Program-made: the position numbers and the translations under genes
From: a virus
Direction: 5' to 3' (one strand)
DNA length: 64,000 bases
Virus record (IMG/VR): IMGVR_UViG_3300002307_000001
Coordinates: 32,001 to 96,000 of that record
The notes under the pieces: model-generated
The model's input: only the letters and a program-made list of their open reading frames with translations
Told to the model about the DNA's origin: nothing
The model's database searches: none
Shown: in pieces, positions 58,036 through 64,000 of the stretch
How the letters are laid out: every line of letters begins with the position of its first letter
Numbering within the stretch: position 1 is the first letter of the stretch

Positions 58036-60780
58036 TTAGCTCTTAGTGTTTTTCTCTTTTAATTTGTGATTAATTTTTGCAACCTGTACTTCAGCATTTG
58101 TACGTTTTGCCTCCTCTGCTATTTTTTGTCTTTGAATTTGTTGATCTGTTTCTTTTAATCTTGTATTTACTAAATGTTTATCTTTTTCTAAATTCATTTT
58201 ATCACTATGTTCCTGTTGACCTTGAATAAACTTAAGATTATCCATATAATCATTTTGTTTATTTTGGTTAAGATCAACTGAACCAGAAAAACCTGCAGCT
58301 CTAATTTCTGCTTCTTGTATATGAGTATCTCTATCTTTCTGAGCCTCAGTTGCATCAAAGTCTTGCTTGGCTTTAAGCATTTCCATTTGATGTTGTTGTT
58401 CAGATTGTTGAGCTTGCTGTTCTTGTTGTGATTTTTCTTGTTGTTCTTTTTCATGACGAGCTTCCATTACTTTTAATCCAGATTCAAGATCAACCATGTC
58501 ATCTGCTTTAATGGTACGTATCCTATCCCATAGTGTTGTACCGGTAGTGTTATCTTTAAGCATCATTTGTTTAATGTTTTCAAGAACATTACGCATACCA
58601 ACTCTTGTGTGACATGTTACATTAATGTCTCTACCTAACAGTTCTTCACCATTAAGCATAAACATTACCTTTTCCTCATCTTTTGTTACATACTGAAGCC
58701 TTATAGAAGGATTAGTGGATTGATAATACTGTGCAAGATCTGTTCTCATTTGGTGAACTCTTGGCATAAGTTCATCTGAGTGTTGTATAAAATACTGTTC
58801 TGTTTGTGCATAAGAAGCAGCTATTGCTTGTTCTATACCTGTAGCAGTTTCTGATTTATCAATAGGTGTACCCATTCTTTGTGGGTTAAGTCCTATAGAT
58901 GATAATGCTTCTTCTTTAATCCATTGTGCCTGTTTAATCTTTGACATGATACGTTCATGCTGACTCATATCTATTTTTTGGAAGGGCATGTGCTGTATAG
59001 CTGTTTCCGTATTTATGATACTTGTATCTACCGGTATCATAGAGAAATTCTTAGCAGCCAGGTAAGCTTTCTGTATATTGTTTTCTCCCCAATCTTCACC
59101 CATGGAATTTTTAGGAAGTACTCTTTGATCAAATACTATAATGGTACCAAGTTCATCTATTTGAATATCTTGTATTTGATTCAATACCATGTTGTAACCA
59201 ATTTGATAAGGTTTTAACCTATCTACAAGAGATTTACTCTGGGTATTATAATCATTAAACACTCTACCTTCTACAGGTAGTTTACATCCCCAGGTAGTTT
59301 TGTTACCTTTAAATTGATATTTTAATCTACCTGGTATACCACCTGTCATGCCTACATACATAGGAGCAAATCCAGAAGGGTTATTCATACCAATAAATCC
59401 AGGAATATTTGGACCAATTTTATACCCACCCCAAGATTCATTTATCCAAATCCAATCTATATGTTCACCAAAAATTAAGTTGTCTTTACTTTTTTCTTTA
59501 AAAACCAATGTGTTATATATTGGTTTATCTGTTACTTCGTATGTTTCATCTACTATTTCTTGTACAACATTTCCTACTTCATCCATCTTTGTAAGATGTC
59601 CCATTAATCTTTGTGTCTTCCAATAGATAGTTGCTACCCTTACCAGGTATGCTGAATCAGTGTCTTGAAGATCCTCATTTTCATCAAGTATCCAACGAAT
59701 GATATCACCGTTAGTCTTGTGTGTATTGTAGGCACTCATAAACTGTCTCATACCTACACCCGGTCCTTGTGTATTCCATTCATAAGACATACTAGGATCG
59801 TAAAATGCACCACTCTCATTACCTATACCGGTCTGCGTATACATCGCACCTCTTACTGGATATAATGAATTTAGAGTTTCCATCTGATCCTGACTCATCA
59901 TCCAGCCATACTTGTCAATAACTTCTGGTACTGTCATAAGGGTAATCATACCAACCCATGCAGCATCTGACATATACCTAACATTAGGACTCTTTCTATA
60001 AAAGGTTTGAGTAGGGTTCCATGTTTCTAATTCATAATCATCTTCTTTCATTATGTAATGCCAAAATTCCCTATCTGTAATTAAAGAATTACGGAAGTTT
60101 TGACGTTCTAATTCCGGCATTGCAAACCTATCATTGTCAACTGCCATCTGATGTTCTGCCCATGCAGCATATAATGATCTGTAATCTTTACTATAAAACT
60201 CCTGTATTTGTGGAAGACTTTTTATAGTTTTAGGATCCATCATTTGTTTAGCCTCATCAGAATCAGGTTGCATACCCATTTCTTGTAACTTGGCCTGTTG
60301 TAACATTGTTGCTTTTTGAATAAGTACTTCTTCTACATCTTTGTACTTTTCATCCAGCATTTCATTTGCACTCTTTTCATCCCTCATTTCAAATGTAATA
60401 CGAGAGTATCTTTTTGAAAACTCATTAGTAAGTACATCTATAATAGTAGGAATAATAGGATAAAACTTTAATTCAAGTGCTGAAACATCTTCTTTGATAA
60501 GTGGTTCTATTACTTCAGCATAATCTGTTTCAGCTATTATATAATCACTTTTTTCTATTTGGGAATTGGCAAGTTTGTAATTTTTAAGCATTTTGCCAGC
60601 AGTTCTTTTAAGTTGCCTCATGCCTGTCCATTCAATGTAATCCATTACTTGAGCAGTCCACTGAGGATCTTTCTCTTTCATTGGTAGCATTTGGTATGGC
60701 TGATAAATTCCACCAAGTGTTTTACCGTATAATGGTTCAGTCTTTGCACCTGCTTTTAACTGTATAGCATTTAGTACCAT
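58036..60780 (-). CDS. Portal protein
   Basis: LKFYPIIP, LKPYQIGYN and IGLNPQRMG motifs. Long Q/E/K coiled-coil C-terminus. Follows the terminase. Confidence 0.88.
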   Translation of the reverse strand: MVLNAIQLKAGAKTEPLYGKTLGGIYQPYQMLPMKEKDPQWTAQVMDYIEWTGMRQLKRTAGKMLKNYKLANSQIEKSDYIIAETDYAEVIEPLIKEDVSALELKFYPIIPTIIDVLTNEFSKRYSRITFEMRDEKSANEMLDEKYKDVEEVLIQKATMLQQAKLQEMGMQPDSDEAKQMMDPKTIKSLPQIQEFYSKDYRSLYAAWAEHQMAVDNDRFAMPELERQNFRNSLITDREFWHYIMKEDDYELETWNPTQTFYRKSPNVRYMSDAAWVGMITLMTVPEVIDKYGWMMSQDQMETLNSLYPVRGAMYTQTGIGNESGAFYDPSMSYEWNTQGPGVGMRQFMSAYNTHKTNGDIIRWILDENEDLQDTDSAYLVRVATIYWKTQRLMGHLTKMDEVGNVVQEIVDETYEVTDKPIYNTLVFKEKSKDNLIFGEHIDWIWINESWGGYKIGPNIPGFIGMNNPSGFAPMYVGMTGGIPGRLKYQFKGNKTTWGCKLPVEGRVFNDYNTQSKSLVDRLKPYQIGYNMVLNQIQDIQIDELGTIIVFDQRVLPKNSMGEDWGENNIQKAYLAAKNFSMIPVDTSIINTETAIQHMPFQKIDMSQHERIMSKIKQAQWIKEEALSSIGLNPQRMGTPIDKSETATGIEQAIAASYAQTEQYFIQHSDELMPRVHQMRTDLAQYYQSTNPSIRLQYVTKDEEKVMFMLNGEELLGRDINVTCHTRVGMRNVLENIKQMMLKDNTTGTTLWDRIRTIKADDMVDLESGLKVMEARHEKEQQEKSQQEQQAQQSEQQHQMEMLKAKQDFDATEAQKDRDTHIQEAEIRAAGFSGSVDLNQNKQNDYMDNLKFIQGQQEHSDKMNLEKDKHLVNTRLKETDQQIQRQKIAEEAKRTNAEVQVAKINHKLKEKNTKS

Positions 60781-60797
60781 GTTAATTTATTGAATAA

Positions 60798-63700
60798 TTA
60801 TTTAATATTTTTAAAAGGACTACGATTTTGTCTAAGCATATTACCATTACCACCTCTACCTATGTTTTTAAACATAGGACGGTCCTCCCCTTTAAAAGTA
60901 ACCATTTTAGATGGATTTTCCAATTTATCATTTGACCTCTCAATTTTCTTCTTTATCCTACCAGAAGCTTGTAATATCTTTACGTAAGCCATTAATAATG
61001 CATATGAAATAAGTCTATCTGCATTTAATCCTTGTTGATAAACTTGCATTTCTTTTAATATCATAGGATCTGTTATTCTTTCTACACCATAGTGTATACG
61101 TGTAACATTTCCTTCTGTATCTCTTTCTTCATACATTACTTCTGATAAAGAATTAATAGCATATTCTAAAAGAACTTTCCAAAGTCTAGGTGTCATTGTG
61201 ATACCATATCTTTCATTACCATTAAGCTTAAGATCAAGTTCTTTGTCAAAGATCATTTCATCTTTAAATACAAGATACTTTTGACGTTTCTTTGATCTCA
61301 TGTAATTGATAAAGCCGGGTTTATTGTTTTCACATAAAGCTCTGGCATTATAATACTCTATTAATCTTGATATGTATTCATTTGTTTCATTAGGATCATC
61401 AAAACGACCACACCAGTATGCAACAATCTTTCCTCCTTCTACGTGGGAAGTTACTTTTACTTCTGGTTTTGATTGCTGTATAGGTCGTTTTCCTTTTACA
61501 GGACCCCAATCCATTTCCTCACCTTCTTTTCCTGCAGGAGCAGCTCGTACAAATGTCTCCTGGTTAATAACCTCTACATCCATTTTATACATTACTATAG
61601 ATGCAAGTGATGCAGATGTTGTTGTATTATGAGTGACTATACAATTTTCTGTAACATACAAATTATCTACAGAATCTACAGCAATACAAACAGCTTCATC
61701 TTCTTTTTCAAACTCTATACTTTTTATATATCTACAAGGAGGATACTTAGTTGGATATACGTATTTATTAGCTTTTCTTTTTAATTTAAAAGGATTAATT
61801 GTATGTGGTAAGTTAATCCATACCTCATAAATAAAGCACTTATATTGGGTTTCTTTTTTTATTTTTTTATTTGCTGGAAGAAAAGAACAGTTTTTACTTT
61901 TAGCATTATACCACGCTGTTCCTCCTAATGATTGTACTATTTCTATTACATCATCTGCTAATCTTTTTGAAACTGAATAAAACTGAGCACCATGTTTGCC
62001 ACTATAACCATCCGTATCCATTAATCCTCTTAATAATTCTATTCTATTTTTTATTGATGAGTACTTGTATATATCCGGTATAAATTTATAATGACTGGTT
62101 AGCCCTTTTATTTTTAATTTTTTTAATTCCTGACTTATATAATTAGTATATACATTAGCAGGTTTAGTTATAATGTAGTCATATTCTGTATTAGTAACTT
62201 TATCTATTTTATGATCTAGTTTTAATTTACTTCTTATAATTTCAACTATTTCTGTATCGGCTGTTGTAAACCTGATGGCTTTTTGAGATACTCCTCCATC
62301 TCCTAATAATGCCCCTATTATATACGGGTCAATAGGAATTTCTATATGGTCATAATTTATTGGAGAAACCATTGGTATTTTCCAACGTAGTACCCCATTG
62401 GGTCTTTTTATATAAGTTTTAAATTTGTAACTTTTTAATTTGTTTTTTCCTTTTCCTAGTAATATAATTTCTTCATCTGTATTTCTTAATTGATCTGTTG
62501 TTAAATGTATAGTACCCCTAGTACCCCCATTAAGTTCTACATTCCATAAATGTTCTCCATCTACTAACACACTGCTTTTGTCATTAAAAGTAACTCTATA
62601 TAATTTTCTTATTCCTTGTGGATATACAGCTATAACATTTTTTGGATTGCCATCAAGCCCTATTACATTATCTCCTACTTTTATATTTCCTATTTTTTTT
62701 CTACCAGATGAGGTATATACTAGATTGTTTACATACTCTGCTTTACCTACTTCTACCGGGTCAATTGCACATACATATGTTCCATGTGGTGCATTTTTTA
62801 TAGGGGGCTCATGAATACATACAATACTTTTTTTATCAACAGTCTTCATTGGCAAAGGAAACTCATTAATAGGTCTTCTACTGGAAGGTATTGCTTCTAT
62901 TTCATTTTTTGTATTTCTAATCAGATCAACATATTCCATTGCGTATTCATCTTCTTCAATACGTCTAAGTTGACTAGCAGTATGTTGTATAGGGAATACA
63001 GAAACAGTTCTCATAGCAAATGCTTCTGCTATGTTTCTTGGCCTTTGTGAAACTTCAAGTTGATACTTTTCCTCACTTGTAGTTCTTCTCAATAAGTCAA
63101 ACTCAGTGTTAAGATAAGCAAGTGCTTCTTCTACTTTAGAGTTACCATATTCATCTGTAAAGTTTGTTTCACCTTCACCGGTTAAACTCCATTGCTCTGG
63201 TATAAATAAAGCTGTCATACCTGTAGAACCATTCTCATCCAGTAAATTAGTTTCTATAGCATAAAAACCATTGCTTGATGGACTCATAATAAAATCCCTA
63301 AGTGGTTCACACTGTGAAAGATCACCTACAGATCCTGCTATTGTAAATACGCCTGTAACGGTAGTACCTTGCCTCATAGCTGATTTCATGTAACCATAAG
63401 TAATATCTGCAGTTGGTGCCACCCCACCCTCTTCATAAAACATTTCGTTACATGCACCACCTACACCAGATACAGGGTCCTTATCAAAGGATATGCCGGC
63501 AATGGTTGCCATTGTACCTATCTCTACCTTACGACCATCTGGTGTTTTTGTTTCAACTTTCTGCTGCCATGAAAATACTTTATCCGGAAAGTTACCACAA
63601 GCCCATGCAGTATTCTTATTGGTGAAGTTATGGTATTGATTTAAAAACTTCCAGCAACCATTAGTAGCATCAATGTATTTTTTATCAGATGCTCCTATCT

Positions 63701-64000
63701 TAGCTACAAATCCTTCTTCAAAAATATATTTGTTATATAACTTTGCTATATGAAAATAAGAAGAAGCCATCTGCCTCTTCTTAACAATTGCTATATTTAA
63801 ACCATGTAACTCAGCTAGTATTTCATACAGAGCCATATGATACTGTACATCTCTTAATCCGGGAAACTCAAACTTTGTTTTAACAGTATTGTATATCTGA
63901 AGAAAATTTAACCAATGATATAAGAATCTTGGAAGATACCACACTTGTCCTTTAGTACCTTTTATGATTACACCTTTTCTACATTTCTCTCTTTCACTAT
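60798..64000 (-). CDS. terL: Terminase large subunit containing an intein, 5' end beyond the window
   Basis: KKRQMASSY Walker A variant, FYEEGG Walker B, nuclease AIDPV...NADRL. The frame is open from 63998 (SEREKCRKGVII), so the true start lies upstream. Confidence 0.92.
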   Translation of the reverse strand, partial: SEREKCRKGVIIKGTKGQVWYLPRFLYHWLNFLQIYNTVKTKFEFPGLRDVQYHMALYEILAELHGLNIAIVKKRQMASSYFHIAKLYNKYIFEEGFVAKIGASDKKYIDATNGCWKFLNQYHNFTNKNTAWACGNFPDKVFSWQQKVETKTPDGRKVEIGTMATIAGISFDKDPVSGVGGACNEMFYEEGGVAPTADITYGYMKSAMRQGTTVTGVFTIAGSVGDLSQCEPLRDFIMSPSSNGFYAIETNLLDENGSTGMTALFIPEQWSLTGEGETNFTDEYGNSKVEEALAYLNTEFDLLRRTTSEEKYQLEVSQRPRNIAEAFAMRTVSVFPIQHTASQLRRIEEDEYAMEYVDLIRNTKNEIEAIPSSRRPINEFPLPMKTVDKKSIVCIHEPPIKNAPHGTYVCAIDPVEVGKAEYVNNLVYTSSGRKKIGNIKVGDNVIGLDGNPKNVIAVYPQGIRKLYRVTFNDKSSVLVDGEHLWNVELNGGTRGTIHLTTDQLRNTDEEIILLGKGKNKLKSYKFKTYIKRPNGVLRWKIPMVSPINYDHIEIPIDPYIIGALLGDGGVSQKAIRFTTADTEIVEIIRSKLKLDHKIDKVTNTEYDYIITKPANVYTNYISQELKKLKIKGLTSHYKFIPDIYKYSSIKNRIELLRGLMDTDGYSGKHGAQFYSVSKRLADDVIEIVQSLGGTAWYNAKSKNCSFLPANKKIKKETQYKCFIYEVWINLPHTINPFKLKRKANKYVYPTKYPPCRYIKSIEFEKEDEAVCIAVDSVDNLYVTENCIVTHNTTTSASLASIVMYKMDVEVINQETFVRAAPAGKEGEEMDWGPVKGKRPIQQSKPEVKVTSHVEGGKIVAYWCGRFDDPNETNEYISRLIEYYNARALCENNKPGFINYMRSKKRQKYLVFKDEMIFDKELDLKLNGNERYGITMTPRLWKVLLEYAINSLSEVMYEERDTEGNVTRIHYGVERITDPMILKEMQVYQQGLNADRLISYALLMAYVKILQASGRIKKKIERSNDKLENPSKMVTFKGEDRPMFKNIGRGGNGNMLRQNRSPFKNIK
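61626..62741 (-). mobile_element. Class 3 intein (372 aa) with LAGLIDADG endonuclease
   Basis: GK|AEYVNNLVYT...IVTHN|TTTS. Ala1 start with WCT triplet (EHLW, VCIAV, VTHN). IGALLGDG and LRGLMDTDG. Confidence 0.9.

Noticed and set aside
2800-63625. Numerous 60-150 aa plus-strand and alternate-frame ORFs in the track
   Set aside because: They lie within long minus-strand genes, have shadow-frame composition and show no recognisable motifs.
1-64000. Stop-codon reassignment as in some Crassvirales
   Set aside because: The standard code yields uninterrupted multi-kb ORFs. TAG (651, 44345) and TGA (32940, 44848, 55035) end genes at sensible boundaries.
1-64000. tRNA or rRNA genes
   Set aside because: Intergenic gaps are short and explained by promoters, terminators or micro-ORFs. 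No cloverleaf with a T-loop motif was seen.

Overview
AT-rich segment of a crAss-like (Crassvirales-type) podophage, most likely infecting a Bacteroidota host, read in the standard genetic code. Almost all genes lie on the minus strand and form the virion module. From right to left: terminase large subunit (open at the window edge, with an Ala-start class 3 LAGLIDADG intein), portal, acidic scaffold-like protein, major capsid protein, a free-standing LAGLIDADG endonuclease, portal-vertex and ring proteins, tail fibres, holin/spanin-like membrane proteins, an auxiliary capsid protein, Cys-rich/FN3-like structural proteins, an IHF-like protein, ring and muzzle proteins, and a ferritin-like protein. 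Next come low-complexity cargo-like proteins sharing a repeated xxGG motif, interrupted by a GIY-YIG endonuclease, then three large putative ejected proteins including a 4403-aa virion RNA polymerase (DFDID). A GH108 endolysin and a degenerate uracil-DNA glycosylase lie at the left end. Most notable observations: (1) a 1965-aa polyvalent protein with a circularly permuted histidine phosphatase, an EExxH zincin-like domain and a RecB-type nuclease; (2) a shared short-motif grammar across four cargo proteins; (3) CCGG enrichment in a CpG-poor genome, absent from the two free-standing homing endonuclease genes; (4) a hairpin/promoter arrangement upstream of the LAGLIDADG gene; (5) two small ORFs missing from the ORF track. 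All assignments come from motifs and gene order read by eye; no database searches were run.
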